A model generated the notes under the pieces. That model was not told the DNA's origin and did no database searches. It saw only the letters and a program-made list of their open reading frames with translations. Below, in pieces: positions 45,221 through 56,007 of a DNA stretch of 64,000 bases. Source of the DNA: a bacterium. GTDB taxonomy: Bacteria; UBA8248. The stretch is taken from assembly GCA_965207065.1 (NCBI GenBank), contig OZ242260.1:2912001-2976000 (forward strand). The letters are read 5' to 3'. Made by a program: the position numbers and the translations under genes. Position 1 is the stretch's first letter; every line of letters begins with the position of its first letter.

Positions 45221-47320
45221 ATGGAACGCACCACCACGGAGAGCCTTGCGCGCTTGCTCTCGCCTGAATCTGTCGCCATCGTAGGAGCGTCGGCGAATCT
45301 GGAGCAATTCAACGGCCGCGTGGTGAAGAATCTGCTGCGCCACGGCTATGGGGGCAGGGTCTATCCCGTTAACCCCAAATACGAAGAAGTGGCCGGAGTG
45401 CGCTGTTGGCCCCGGCTCGATGCGCTTCCCGAGACGCCGGACGTCGCTTTCATCACCGTGGGACGAGAGCGAGTGTCGGGCGTTTTGGCCGAATGCGCCG
45501 AGGCGGCGGTGGGTGCGGCCATCATCTACACCGGTGGGTTTTCCGAGGCGGATGAGGCAGGCGCGCATCTTGAGGCTGATATTCAGCGCATCGCCCGGGA
45601 TGGAGGAGTCCGCGTCTGCGGTCCGAATACCGCGGGCGTCCACAACTTTCATCACAACTTTCACCTGGCGGGCCTGATAGCGCTCGACGTGGAGGAGATG
45701 CTGCCGGGGAGCATCGGGGTGGTCTGCCAGAGCGGAAGCATAGGCGGCGCTTTGCTCTCGCGGGCAACGCAGCGCGGCATCGGGTTCAGCCATCTCATCT
45801 CCTGCGGCAACGAGATGGACCTGGAACTCTCAGATTATCTCGACTATTTGATCGACGACCCCCAAACCCGCGCTATCGCGGTCTATCTCGAAGGAGTACG
45901 GGACGGGGAGAAGTTCAAGAAAGTCCTCCAAAAGGCCCTGCAGCAGGGGAAACCCCTGGTCGTACTGAAGGTGGGCGAAGCTCGCGAGGGAGAGAGCGCG
46001 GCCCTGAGCCACACGGGTGCCATGGTGGGTGAATACAGGGTGTACGAGGCGCTGTTCCGAAAATGGGGTGTTACGCGGGTGGACGACCTGGAAGCGCTTT
46101 TCGAGTTCGCCCACATGTTCTGCGTCTCTGCGCTCCCGGAAGGAGAAAGAGTGGGCGTCGTTACGACGACGGGCGGGGCGGGCGCCTTGATGGCCGATAA
46201 TTGCGGCGCCTTGGGCTTGGAAGTCGCCGATGTGGATGACGCCTCCAGAACCCGGATGGAGAAAAAACACCCCGACTTCGGGCGGATAGAGAATCCGCTC
46301 GACACCACCATCGCCGATATTCACCTGTATTCTGATTTTCTGGAATCTTTTCTCAAGAACGGCTGTTTCGACGTAGTGATACCCATTGTGGGCTCAAGCG
46401 CGCAGTTCAAGCCCGAGATGGGAGTAGAGCCCATCGTTCGGCTGAAGCGAACGAGCCCTGACGTTCCCATGCTGGCTTATTTCAATCCCCATGCCGAGGA
46501 TGCGCACAGGCTCCTGGCAAGGGAGGGGATCGCCTCTTTTCAGTCCATCTCGGGCTGCGCCCGATCGGCGGCGGCTCTGGTCCGGTATACAAAAGTATTG
46601 AATAGAGAGAAAAAAAGCGCATCGAGACCCGCAAATCAAGCGCCGTCCCCCACGCTTGGGGAACAGATGTCGGCCGCAGGAAACCTGAACGAAGCGCAAT
46701 CTCTGGCTATCGTTCGTGAATTCGGCTTGCCCGTGGTGGCGTATCGATTATGCCGCTCGGAAGAAGAGGTGCGAAGCGCGGCGCGTAATTTGCGATTTCC
46801 GTTCGTTTTGAAGGGCGTGTCCTCGAAAATTCACCACAAGACGGAATGGGGACTGGTGAAAACGGACATCGGCGATGAGGCGGATCTTGAACGCGGTCTA
46901 GCTGAAATCACGAGCCTGTGGGAGGTGTGTGAACTGGAAGGCTATCTGCTTCAGGAGCATGTTGGAAATGGCGTCGAATTCATGCTCGGGATGAAGCGAG
47001 ACCCTCAGTTCGGCCCGGTGGTGACGGTTGGCCTGGGCGGGCTGAATATCGAATTGTTCGATGACGTGAGCGCACGCGTAGCGCCGCTTACGCTCGATGA
47101 CGCTTACGAGATGATGGATGAGCTCAAGTGCAAAAAGATTTTCGAAAGCCACCGAGGACGTGGGCCGCTCGACACTGAAGCGCTCGCCGAGGCCATACGG
47201 CGTCTGGGAGAAGTTGTATACGTCCACCGCGAGCAGATTGAAGAGATGGATTTGAACCCCGTTTTTTTGCGCGAGAAGAGCGGGGGATGCTTGGTGGCGG
47301 ATGCGCTCATCATCACCTGA
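45221..47320 (+). CDS. ADP-forming acyl-CoA synthetase (acetate--CoA ligase family, fused alpha-beta)
   Basis: Motifs VAIVGAS, GPN, QSG, SHTGA (phospho-His), HKTE and DPQFGPV. Confidence 0.9.
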   Translation: MERTTTESLARLLSPESVAIVGASANLEQFNGRVVKNLLRHGYGGRVYPVNPKYEEVAGVRCWPRLDALPETPDVAFITVGRERVSGVLAECAEAAVGAAIIYTGGFSEADEAGAHLEADIQRIARDGGVRVCGPNTAGVHNFHHNFHLAGLIALDVEEMLPGSIGVVCQSGSIGGALLSRATQRGIGFSHLISCGNEMDLELSDYLDYLIDDPQTRAIAVYLEGVRDGEKFKKVLQKALQQGKPLVVLKVGEAREGESAALSHTGAMVGEYRVYEALFRKWGVTRVDDLEALFEFAHMFCVSALPEGERVGVVTTTGGAGALMADNCGALGLEVADVDDASRTRMEKKHPDFGRIENPLDTTIADIHLYSDFLESFLKNGCFDVVIPIVGSSAQFKPEMGVEPIVRLKRTSPDVPMLAYFNPHAEDAHRLLAREGIASFQSISGCARSAAALVRYTKVLNREKKSASRPANQAPSPTLGEQMSAAGNLNEAQSLAIVREFGLPVVAYRLCRSEEEVRSAARNLRFPFVLKGVSSKIHHKTEWGLVKTDIGDEADLERGLAEITSLWEVCELEGYLLQEHVGNGVEFMLGMKRDPQFGPVVTVGLGGLNIELFDDVSARVAPLTLDDAYEMMDELKCKKIFESHRGRGPLDTEALAEAIRRLGEVVYVHREQIEEMDLNPVFLREKSGGCLVADALIIT

Positions 47321-47504
47321 AACTCTGCGTAAAACTGCGGTTTTCCTCTAATTGAGGCCATGAAAAAGGCGCACCTCATGCGCCGAAAATTGCCGATTGA
47401 CTTTGCGGTAAACAACGATTATTGTTTTCCATACCTTGGATTCGCAAAGAGCCAATAACATTTTTTGATTTTGTTTCTTCCTGGTTGCGTAAGGTTGAGG
47501 ATAG

Positions 47505-48494
47505 ATGAGTGCGCTTCTTGAAATCGAAGACTTGAGAACGCATTTCTTTACCACCGCCGGTGTCGTCAAGGCGGTCAACGGCATCTCATATGACGTTCAA
47601 AAAGGCGAAACGGTAGCGATTGTCGGCGAGTCGGGCTGCGGAAAGTCCGTCAGCGCGCTCTCTGTTCTCGGTCTCATTCCCAATCCGCCCGGCCGCATCG
47701 TCGGGGGCGCGATACGCTTTCAAGGTGACGATCTGATCAAACTTGACGATCTCCAGATCCGAAACATCCGCGGTCGCCAGATCGGCATGATCTTCCAGGA
47801 GCCCATGACGTCCCTGAACCCCGTCCTGACCATTGGGCTGCAACTCACCGAGACGATGGAGCACCACCTCGGCATGGACAGGGCCGACGCGGAGAAAAAA
47901 GCGGTCGAATATCTCCGCCTCGTGGGCATCTCCGAGCCCGAGCGGCGAATCCGGCAATACCCCCACCACCTGAGCGGCGGGATGCGGCAAAGGGTGATGA
48001 TTGCGATGGCGCTTTGCTGCGAGCCGAAGCTCATCATCGCCGATGAGCCGACGACGGCGCTCGATGTCACCATCCAGGCCCAGATACTGGAGTTGATGAA
48101 AAACCTTACCAAGCGCATGGGTGTTGCGCTCATCATCATCACACACAACCTCGGTGTTGTGGCCCGGTATGCGGACCGCGTGAACGTCATGTACGCCGGA
48201 AAGATAATCGAGCGCGGCCTGGCGGCGGACATCTACCGCGAACCCAGGCATCCATACACCCTGGGGCTGCTGAGTTCCGTGCCGAGGCTCGACCAGCCGA
48301 GACAAAAGCGCCTCGACCCCATCGACGGACAACCGCCCGACCTCACACGCCTGGGCGCGGGTTGTTCTTTTCTGCCCCGGTGCAAGTTCGCCGTGGATAA
48401 GTGCGTGAGCGAGATACCGCCGCTGGAAAGTGCAGGAAATGGCCATCTCTCGGCCTGCTGGGAAAAAGATAACCTCGAAACGGCGAGAGGGTGA
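47505..48494 (+). CDS. Peptide/nickel-type ABC ATP-binding protein (OppD/DppD-like)
   Basis: Motifs [16 protein letters not shown] and [10 protein letters not shown]. Confidence 0.93.
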   Translation: MSALLEIEDLRTHFFTTAGVVKAVNGISYDVQKGETVAIVGESGCGKSVSALSVLGLIPNPPGRIVGGAIRFQGDDLIKLDDLQIRNIRGRQIGMIFQEPMTSLNPVLTIGLQLTETMEHHLGMDRADAEKKAVEYLRLVGISEPERRIRQYPHHLSGGMRQRVMIAMALCCEPKLIIADEPTTALDVTIQAQILELMKNLTKRMGVALIIITHNLGVVARYADRVNVMYAGKIIERGLAADIYREPRHPYTLGLLSSVPRLDQPRQKRLDPIDGQPPDLTRLGAGCSFLPRCKFAVDKCVSEIPPLESAGNGHLSACWEKDNLETARG

Positions 48495-48498
48495 GCGA

Positions 48499-49533
48499 AT
48501 GACTGCCGACGCATCTGTTCTCGAAAGTGGGGTTCAGCTCTCCCGAAACAGTGAGCTCGGCGACGTGCTCGTGGAAGTCAAGGGCCTCAAGATGCACTTC
48601 CCGATCACCGAGGGAATCGTTTTCAACAAGCTCGTCGGGCTCGTAAAGGCGGTGGATGGGGTAGATTTCCACATCAGGCGTGGCGAGACGCTCGGCCTCG
48701 TGGGAGAGAGCGGTTGCGGCAAGACGACGACGGGCAGGTGCATCCTCCAGCTCGAACGCCCCACGGAAGGAGAGATCTTTTTCGAGGGTGCGGATCTGAC
48801 GAAACTCGATCAGGTGGCGCTTCGCGAATACAGGCAGAAAATCCAGGTCATCTTCCAGGACCCCTACAGTTCGCTGAATCCACGCATGAAAATCGGTGAG
48901 ATGATAGACGAGCCCATGTACGTCCACGGTATCGAACCAGATGCCCGCAAGAGAAAGCAGAGAATCAGCGAACTTCTCAGCGTCTGTGGACTCAACCCCA
49001 AGATGGCGGACAGATATCCCCACGAGATGAGTGGCGGGCAGCGCCAGCGCGTGGGAATCGCCCGGGCCTTGAGCCTCGAGCCCGAGTTCATCATCTGCGA
49101 TGAACCCGTCTCGGCGCTCGACGTGTCCATCCAGGCACAAATCATCAATTTGCTCGAAGATTTGAGAGAGGAATATAATCTCACCTATCTGTTTATCGCG
49201 CACGATCTGAGCGTGGTGCGCCACCTTTGCCACCGCGTGGCAGTCATGTATCTGGGCCGGATTGTGGAGTTGGCGGATTGCGACGAGTTGTACGACAATC
49301 CCATGCACCCCTATACGCGGGCGCTGCTGTCGGCCGTTCCGGTGCCGGATCCGGAGGTCGAGCAGGGACGCGACGTCAGTTTCGTCGCGGGAGAAGTGCC
49401 CAGCCCGATAAACCCGCCGCCGGGCTGTGTGTTCCATCCCCGGTGTCCCATCGCCGTGGAGAATTGCTCGAAGGAAGTTCCAATTTTGCGAGAGCTGAAA
49501 CCAGGCCATTGGGTGGCCTGTTCGGAAGTTTAA
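48499..49533 (+). CDS. Peptide/nickel-type ABC ATP-binding protein (OppF/DppF-like)
   Basis: Motifs [16 protein letters not shown] and [10 protein letters not shown]. Confidence 0.93.
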   Translation: MTADASVLESGVQLSRNSELGDVLVEVKGLKMHFPITEGIVFNKLVGLVKAVDGVDFHIRRGETLGLVGESGCGKTTTGRCILQLERPTEGEIFFEGADLTKLDQVALREYRQKIQVIFQDPYSSLNPRMKIGEMIDEPMYVHGIEPDARKRKQRISELLSVCGLNPKMADRYPHEMSGGQRQRVGIARALSLEPEFIICDEPVSALDVSIQAQIINLLEDLREEYNLTYLFIAHDLSVVRHLCHRVAVMYLGRIVELADCDELYDNPMHPYTRALLSAVPVPDPEVEQGRDVSFVAGEVPSPINPPPGCVFHPRCPIAVENCSKEVPILRELKPGHWVACSEV

Positions 49534-49618
49534 TTTTTCCGCATTTGTTGTTTTGTTCGTGACTCACCTGACTTGTGATGTATCGATTTTACCCTGGGAA
49601 CATGAAAGGAGATTCCTT

Positions 49619-51238
49619 ATGAGAAACACTCGAATGAAAACCCTACTGATCGCGGCGGCGGTGCTCGCCCTGGGGCTGTGGAGTTTTGCTCCCGTCGAGG
49701 CGGCGCCCAAGAAGGGCGGCGTTCTCAAGTTCGTCGTCGGCAGCAAGATTCCCTCCTACGACGGTCACATCGAATCCACCTTCGGGATGATTCATCCGCT
49801 TCGTCCCTTCTACAGCCTTTTGATTCGCGTGAATCCGGAAAACCCGGCATCGCCGACCGATTTCGTCTGCGACGTGTGTGAGGGCGGGATTCCGACGCCG
49901 ACCGAAGGGCACACGAAGTACGCCTTCAAAATCCGCGACGACATCATGTTCCATAACGGCCAGAAACTCACCTCGGCGGACGTGAAGGCGACGTATGACA
50001 AGATTATCAGCCCGCCGAAGGGCATCGAGAGCAACCGCAAGGCGTTTTTCAGCATGGTGAAATCCGTCTCCGCACCGGACCCAAAAACGCTGGTGTTCAA
50101 GCTGAAATACCCCACGGGCGCCTTTGTGCCTGCGCTTGCGCTACCCTACAACTTCATCTACTCGAAGGCCGACCTCGACAAGCATGGCTACAAGTGGCAC
50201 CAGAAAAACGTGAACGGCACGGGCGCATTCCGCTTCGTGCAGCACCAGCCGGGCGCTTTCGTCGAGGGCAAGCGGTATGAGAAATACCACCACAAGGGCA
50301 AACCCTATCTCGACGGCTACCGGGCGATCTCTGCTCCGAAAATGGCGATTCGTCTCCAGGCCATTCGCGGCGACCGCGCGGCCATCGAATTCCGCGGATT
50401 CCCGCCCAAGGCGCGCGACGACTTGAAGAAGGCGCTGGGCGACAAGCTTACCGTCCAGGAGAGCGACTGGAACTGCAACCTCATGGTGACGCCCAACCAC
50501 AAGCGCAAGCCCTTCGACGACGCGCGCGTGCGCCGGGCACTGACGCTGGCGATCGACCGCTGGGGCGGATCCAAGTACCTCTCGCGCATCGCCATCGTGA
50601 AGACTGTGGGCGGCGTCGTTTTCCCGAAACACCCCCTCGCGGCCACGAAAGAGGAGTTGACGAAGATCGCGGGCTACTGGCCGGACATCAACAAATCCCG
50701 CGCCGAAGCCAAGAGGCTCCTCAAGGAAGCCGGTTATCCGAGCGGCTTCGAGTTCACCCTGCACAACCGGGGCGTGGACCAGCCATACAAGGTCGTGGGC
50801 ACCTGGGTCATCGACCAGTGGCGGAAAATCGGACTCAAGGTCAAGCAGTGGGTGCAGCCCTCCGGGCCTTTCTACGCCACGCTGCGCAAGAAGAAGAACT
50901 TCGACGTATCCATCGACTTTAACTGCCAGTCGGTCATCAACCCGCTGGTGGACGTCTCGAAATTCATCTCCGACGACAGGGCGGGCAACCAGTACGCGGA
51001 GTATCAGGACCGCCAGCTCGACAAGTGGTTCGACGAGATGAACCGCGAGCCCGACGTGAAGAAGCAGCGCGCCATCATGCGCAAGTATGAAAAGCGCGCG
51101 CTCGATGAGATGGCGCACCAGTTCGTGACGCTATGGTGGTACAAGATCAACCCCCACCGCAGCTACGTGAAGGGGTGGAAGATAGCGCCGAGCCACTATC
51201 TGAACCAGCATCTGGACAACGTCTGGATTGACAAATAG
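49619..51238 (+). CDS. ABC substrate-binding protein, family 5
   Basis: Signal peptide ending VEA, plus FHNG..LTSADV, GTGAF and PFDDARVRRAL. Confidence 0.92.
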   Translation: MRNTRMKTLLIAAAVLALGLWSFAPVEAAPKKGGVLKFVVGSKIPSYDGHIESTFGMIHPLRPFYSLLIRVNPENPASPTDFVCDVCEGGIPTPTEGHTKYAFKIRDDIMFHNGQKLTSADVKATYDKIISPPKGIESNRKAFFSMVKSVSAPDPKTLVFKLKYPTGAFVPALALPYNFIYSKADLDKHGYKWHQKNVNGTGAFRFVQHQPGAFVEGKRYEKYHHKGKPYLDGYRAISAPKMAIRLQAIRGDRAAIEFRGFPPKARDDLKKALGDKLTVQESDWNCNLMVTPNHKRKPFDDARVRRALTLAIDRWGGSKYLSRIAIVKTVGGVVFPKHPLAATKEELTKIAGYWPDINKSRAEAKRLLKEAGYPSGFEFTLHNRGVDQPYKVVGTWVIDQWRKIGLKVKQWVQPSGPFYATLRKKKNFDVSIDFNCQSVINPLVDVSKFISDDRAGNQYAEYQDRQLDKWFDEMNREPDVKKQRAIMRKYEKRALDEMAHQFVTLWWYKINPHRSYVKGWKIAPSHYLNQHLDNVWIDK

Positions 51239-51330
51239 CTCGTATCGTCCCCCTTCGCCGCCCGGATCACCGGGTGGCGGGGGAGGGCGGTCTGGAGCCT
51301 CGTCTGGCGTAAAACGCAAGGGCGCACGAA

Positions 51331-52302
51331 GTGTATAGATACACGATCAAGAGAATCCTGCTGATGTTCCCGACGCTGCTGGGTGCAGCGGTGCTGGTGT
51401 TCTTCATGCTTCGCCTCATACCGGGTGACGTGTGCGAACTCCGCATGGCCGGAACGGGTATGTTTGTTGACAAGGAAGCGATAGCGACATGCCAGCAGAA
51501 CCTGGGCATCGATGCGCCCATCTACGTGCAGTTCATCGACTTCATCACGGGATTCTTCACCTTCGACCTGGGGAAATCCATGTGGACGGGCAAGCCAATC
51601 CTGCATGAGATCGGCCTGCGCTTCGAACTCTCGCTGCAAGTAGCCATCATGGCGACGCTCACGGCCATTCTCATCGCTATTCCGCTCGGCACAATCTCGG
51701 CCATCAAGCAGGATACCTGGATCGACTACGTCGTGCGCACGTTCAGCATCGCAGGCATCGCCATGCCTTCTTTCTGGCTGGGCATCCTGATTATTCTCGG
51801 CCTCTTGATCATGACGCAGAAAGTCTTCGGAGACCCCTGGATGCCGCCGATTCATTACACCCCGATATGGGAAGACCCGGTGGCCAACATCTCGCAGCTT
51901 ATCTGGCCGGCCGTCGCGACGGGCTATCGGTATTCGGCCGTCGCCACGCGCATGACGCGATCGGCCCTTTTAGAGGTTTTGCGCGAGGATTACGTGCGTA
52001 CCGCCCGCGCCAAGGGACTATTGGAGAAACTCATCATCAACCGCCATGCGCTCAAGAATTCGCTCCTGCCCGTGGCGACCGTCATCGGCCTGGAGTTCGC
52101 CTTCCTGATGGGCGGGCTGGTGGTGACGGAGCAGGTCTTCAACCTGAATGGCCTGGGGAAACTCTTCGTCGAGTCGGTGACAAACCACGACTACACGATG
52201 ACGCAGTCCCTCGTCATGCTCGTGGCCGTCGTCTTCATTTTTACGAACCTGTTCATCGATATCCTCTATGCGTGGCTCGACCCGCGCATACGCTACAGCT
52301 AG
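51331..52302 (+). CDS. ABC permease (OppB/DppB-like)
   Basis: Motifs DYVRTARAKGL and HALKNS, ending LDPRI. Confidence 0.93.
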   Translation: MYRYTIKRILLMFPTLLGAAVLVFFMLRLIPGDVCELRMAGTGMFVDKEAIATCQQNLGIDAPIYVQFIDFITGFFTFDLGKSMWTGKPILHEIGLRFELSLQVAIMATLTAILIAIPLGTISAIKQDTWIDYVVRTFSIAGIAMPSFWLGILIILGLLIMTQKVFGDPWMPPIHYTPIWEDPVANISQLIWPAVATGYRYSAVATRMTRSALLEVLREDYVRTARAKGLLEKLIINRHALKNSLLPVATVIGLEFAFLMGGLVVTEQVFNLNGLGKLFVESVTNHDYTMTQSLVMLVAVVFIFTNLFIDILYAWLDPRIRYS

Positions 52303-52312
52303 GAGTTGCGCC

Positions 52313-53215
52313 ATGGCGTCACCGAGCGACCTCGCCGTTTCCGAGATGGATTTCGATACCGTTCCCGAGCGCTCATGGGCCGACAAGATAAAGGATACGG
52401 CGCGGAAAAAGCCCCTGGGCGCGGTGAGCGCATGCGCCGTCCTCGTGATGATCCTCCTGGCCGCTTTCGCGAACGTGATCACCTTCTACGACCCGGTGCA
52501 GAACGCCTTTGACAGCATGCACGTCGCCCCGAGCGTCACGCACTGGTTCGGGACGGATCAGTTCGGGCGTGATATTTTTACGCGCATCGTCTTCGGCGCC
52601 AGAACGGCGCTGTTCGTGGGGTTCTCGGCCTCGATTCTCGGCTCCACAGCAGGCCTCATCCTGGGTGTGGGGAGTGCCTATTTCGGTGGGCGCTTCGACC
52701 TCATCTTCCAGCGCTTCATGGATATCTTCATCTCGTTTCCGCTCATCATCATGGCGCTCTCGGTGGTCTCGATCTTCGGAACGGGGACGCAAAACGTGAT
52801 TTTCGCCATCACGATTCCTTTAATACCCAGATGCGCCCGCGTGGTGCGCTCGAGCGCGCTCTCGATACGGGAAATTCCCTACGTGGACGCCGCGCGAGCG
52901 CTCGGCTTCGCGCACGTGCGCATCATCTCCCGGCACATGATTCCCAACGTCATGGCGCCCTATCTCATCATGCTCACTTCTTTCCTGGGGCAGGCGATTC
53001 TACTCGAAGCCTCGCTCTCCTACCTGGGTCTGGGCGTACAGGAACCCACCGCCGCCTGGGGACTGATGCTTCAGGGAGGTGCTGAGGAATACGCCGAAAG
53101 CGCGCCCTGGATTCCCGTTTTCCCGGGATTGGCCATCACCGCCGCCGTCTTCGCCTTTAACCTCTTCGGCGACGCCGTGCGCGACACACTCGACCCCAGA
53201 CTGCGCTCCGAGTAG
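52313..53215 (+). CDS. ABC permease (OppC/DppC-like)
   Basis: Motifs FGTDQFGRD, YVDAARALG and LSYLGLG. Confidence 0.93.
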   Translation: MASPSDLAVSEMDFDTVPERSWADKIKDTARKKPLGAVSACAVLVMILLAAFANVITFYDPVQNAFDSMHVAPSVTHWFGTDQFGRDIFTRIVFGARTALFVGFSASILGSTAGLILGVGSAYFGGRFDLIFQRFMDIFISFPLIIMALSVVSIFGTGTQNVIFAITIPLIPRCARVVRSSALSIREIPYVDAARALGFAHVRIISRHMIPNVMAPYLIMLTSFLGQAILLEASLSYLGLGVQEPTAAWGLMLQGGAEEYAESAPWIPVFPGLAITAAVFAFNLFGDAVRDTLDPRLRSE

Positions 53216-53410
53216 TTTTTTTAGGGGAATTATATACCTGAGTTGACGACCTTCTTCTTGTAAGTCAATTTCATAAAGAATCCAGCAGTTAAATTCATTC
53301 TTCCCTCCCCAAAACTACTCTCCCATGCTTGAGTTTTTCTCACTCTCCCCTTGAAGGGTTGTTGAAAAAGCCCCTCACAACATCTCACTTATCCCGAGTA
53401 GGTGTGCGCC

Positions 53411-53559
53411 GTAAGGACAACCCCCCGTGGTCGTCCTTCATCAGGACAAGCGCGGGGCAGGGCGACCACAGGGGGTAGCCCCTACGCAAGGCATTCGCAC
53501 TAGTAACGAACGAATTCGCACCGAGAGTAGAGTAGGGACAGGTCGCGACCTGTCCCTAC
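53411..53559. repeat. GTAG-type REP cluster
   Basis: gtaaggacaacccccc...gggcgaccacagggggtagcccctac, and the perfect palindrome gtagggacaggtcgcgacctgtccctac (53532-53559). Confidence 0.75.
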
Positions 53560-53665
53560 CCATTTGTTGCTAACCAAAATGACATGCAAGTGGACAGGCA
53601 GGTCCCCGGACAATCCCCCGTGCCTGTCGAAAGGGGCAGCGAAGGTGCGTCTTGTGTGAGTCGCC

Positions 53666-54181
53666 TCAGAGGTTCTTGAGCTGCCGGTTGCGCCTGCGCT
53701 CTTTCCTGGGGGCGCGCCTGGGGTTTCCCTTCTTCTTCGTGTCGCGTCTCGGTGTTCTGGACGGCTCGTCCTCGGGAGAATCCTCCTCCATGAAGGCCGC
53801 CTGGTGGAGGCGGTCCCGAAACTCGCCCGTGCGCACGATTGCCGAGGCAAAGGGCGCGGCCGCCTCGCCGAGGGCCCTGTCCGAGGTGACGAGAACGGCG
53901 CCCCTGTAGCGGTCCTTCAGGAGGCGCAGGATAAGCGCGTCGGCGATTTCGTGCCTGGAGAATAGCACCTCGATGCCGCCCGCGTTTTTTCCACCCCCGT
54001 GATCATGATGGGATTTGCCGTCGAAAACGACGGTGATTCTGGGATTTGCGCCGGAATTTCTGCGGTAGCTCTGGAGCATCTCGATGAGGCCCTCGCGCCC
54101 GGCTTCCAAATCCTGATGGAGCACGCGCCTCAGTTCAGCGATGGCGGGAATGAGGTTGTATCCGTCGATGACGATGCGCAT
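53666..54181 (-). CDS. NYN domain protein, YacP/Rae1-like
   Basis: Motifs IDGYNLI, VVFDG, AD and VTSD. Confidence 0.88.
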   Translation of the reverse strand: MRIVIDGYNLIPAIAELRRVLHQDLEAGREGLIEMLQSYRRNSGANPRITVVFDGKSHHDHGGGKNAGGIEVLFSRHEIADALILRLLKDRYRGAVLVTSDRALGEAAAPFASAIVRTGEFRDRLHQAAFMEEDSPEDEPSRTPRRDTKKKGNPRRAPRKERRRNRQLKNL

Positions 54182-54199
54182 GTCTATCCAGTAACTCCC

Positions 54200-55024
54200 T
54201 TAAAAGGGCTGGAAGAGGACGTCCATGAGCGCAGCCGCTTTTCGTGCGTCTCCCTCGATGAGGAGAGAGCTATCCGCGATTTTCTGCACTCGATCCGCCC
54301 GGCCCGCGCACAGGAGGACCATATCGCTGCCAGATGCAAAGAGGACGGCATCGGGAGAATCGGAGGGACTCTCAAGGGCCGATGCCTCACCACCGGCTAT
54401 CGACATCTCCCACGCCGCATCCGGTTTGCTCGTCTCGAAGCGGAAGACACCCGCAGGCCCGGTTGCGCCCGATCGGTTGAAATAGAGGGGAAGCCGCGTT
54501 TCGAGAATATCGACGAGTGCGCCCAACGATTCGGTCCCCAGCGGCGCATCCGTTTCGTTCTCCAAATCCCAGCCGTGGAGCGCGATCTCGTAGAGACGTT
54601 GTGCAGGGAAGGTGCGCACTTTCGTGTTCCCCTTCCGGTGCCAGAGGTCACGGTCCAGATCGCCGGGTTCAAGGCGCTCGATCTCAGCCTGGAGGTCGTC
54701 CTGGCTATCCTCTATCCAATTGATGCGCTCCTTAGAGGCCATGGCGATGGATTTTCGGGTGATTTCTTCGCGCGCCGCCTGGAATTCCTCGGGTGTCCCT
54801 GCGTCGAGCGAGATGACGACCTCGCCCCGGCGCGCCGCCCGGATGCGCTCGGCATAGGAGATGGCTCCTCCCGTCATGTGGCCGACGAGTTGCGCCGCGT
54901 TCCACTTGGTGCAGAAGGTGGGTTTCATCCAATCGGCTTCCGAGAGCACACGGAGCCTCTCGATGAAGCGCGCGTTTTCGTGCGTGAGCCACCGAATCGC
55001 GGGGAGAAGAGGGGTGTCGTTCAA
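54200..55024 (-). CDS. MDMPI/DinB-superfamily protein (maleylpyruvate isomerase N-terminal-like) with an SCP2-like C-terminus
   Basis: W..PT.C..W....LVGH and E...HGWD motifs. Confidence 0.8.
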   Translation of the reverse strand: MNDTPLLPAIRWLTHENARFIERLRVLSEADWMKPTFCTKWNAAQLVGHMTGGAISYAERIRAARRGEVVISLDAGTPEEFQAAREEITRKSIAMASKERINWIEDSQDDLQAEIERLEPGDLDRDLWHRKGNTKVRTFPAQRLYEIALHGWDLENETDAPLGTESLGALVDILETRLPLYFNRSGATGPAGVFRFETSKPDAAWEMSIAGGEASALESPSDSPDAVLFASGSDMVLLCAGRADRVQKIADSSLLIEGDARKAAALMDVLFQPF

Positions 55025-55123
55025 TTTGAAGACGCCACGGGCATAAAAATCGCCCCCAACGAGTGGGGGCGACGTAAGAAAATCACGTTTTCCTGGAAAT
55101 CGTGCACGCCTGAAGATTAGGCG

Positions 55124-56005
55124 TTATTTGCCTGTAGCACGAATCCAGGCCTTGCCGATGGCGCGCGCGGTGTATACGCCTGCCAGATGGCGTCTGAAGT
55201 CCGCTCCGGCGTAAAAATCATCGAGTGCGTCTACGCCTTCACCGGCCCCCGCAGCCGCCTTGCGGATCGATTCCGCACTCGGCGCGCTGCCCATGAGGGC
55301 GTTTTCGACGCTCGTGGCTCGATACGCTGCTGCGGCTACGCCCGTCACGCCGACGCGGATGGAGGCGACCACCCCGTTTCCGTCCAACGCGAGTCGGGCC
55401 GCCACGCCGCACACCGCAAAGCCGCTGGCTTGCTGCGCCGCCTTGAGATACGCGCTTGAGCCCCGTACGGCCGAAGCCCGTATGCGGACGGAGGTGATAA
55501 TCTCGCCCGCGCGCAGGGCCGTCTCGTATGCTCCGGTGAAGAAGTCATCGGCACCGATGACGCGCTCGCCGTCCGCGCCCACGGCGGTGATTTCCGCTCC
55601 CGCCGCCAGCACGACCGCCGGGTAGTCCGCGGCGGGGTCGGCATGGGCGAGGGAGCCGCCCAGCGTCCCGCGGTTTCTCACCTGTACGTCGCCGATGGCG
55701 CCGGCCGCCTCGACGAGGGAGTGGCATTTCCCCCGAACCAGGGGTGACGCCTCGATTTCGGCGTGGGTCGTCATCGCGCCGATGCGAACTCCGCCCTCTG
55801 CTCCCTCTGATTCGGAGATGCCCGAGAGGTCCTCGAGACCCGCGACGTCGATAAGGACGCCCGGATCGGCGAGCCTCGCCTTCATCACGGGCAGAAGGCT
55901 ATGGCCTCCGGCGAGGACCCGTGCGTCTTCTCCATGCTCCCTGAGTTGCGCGAGAGCGTCTTCTAGCGATTGTGGTCGAACGTAGTCGAAAGAAGCTGGA
56001 ATCAT
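55124..56005 (-). CDS. coxM: Molybdenum hydroxylase FAD subunit (CoxM/CutM-like)
   Basis: Motifs LAGGHSLLP, QVRNRGTLGGS and ADPAAD. Confidence 0.88.
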   Translation of the reverse strand: MIPASFDYVRPQSLEDALAQLREHGEDARVLAGGHSLLPVMKARLADPGVLIDVAGLEDLSGISESEGAEGGVRIGAMTTHAEIEASPLVRGKCHSLVEAAGAIGDVQVRNRGTLGGSLAHADPAADYPAVVLAAGAEITAVGADGERVIGADDFFTGAYETALRAGEIITSVRIRASAVRGSSAYLKAAQQASGFAVCGVAARLALDGNGVVASIRVGVTGVAAAAYRATSVENALMGSAPSAESIRKAAAGAGEGVDALDDFYAGADFRRHLAGVYTARAIGKAWIRATGK

Positions 56006-56007
56006 AC

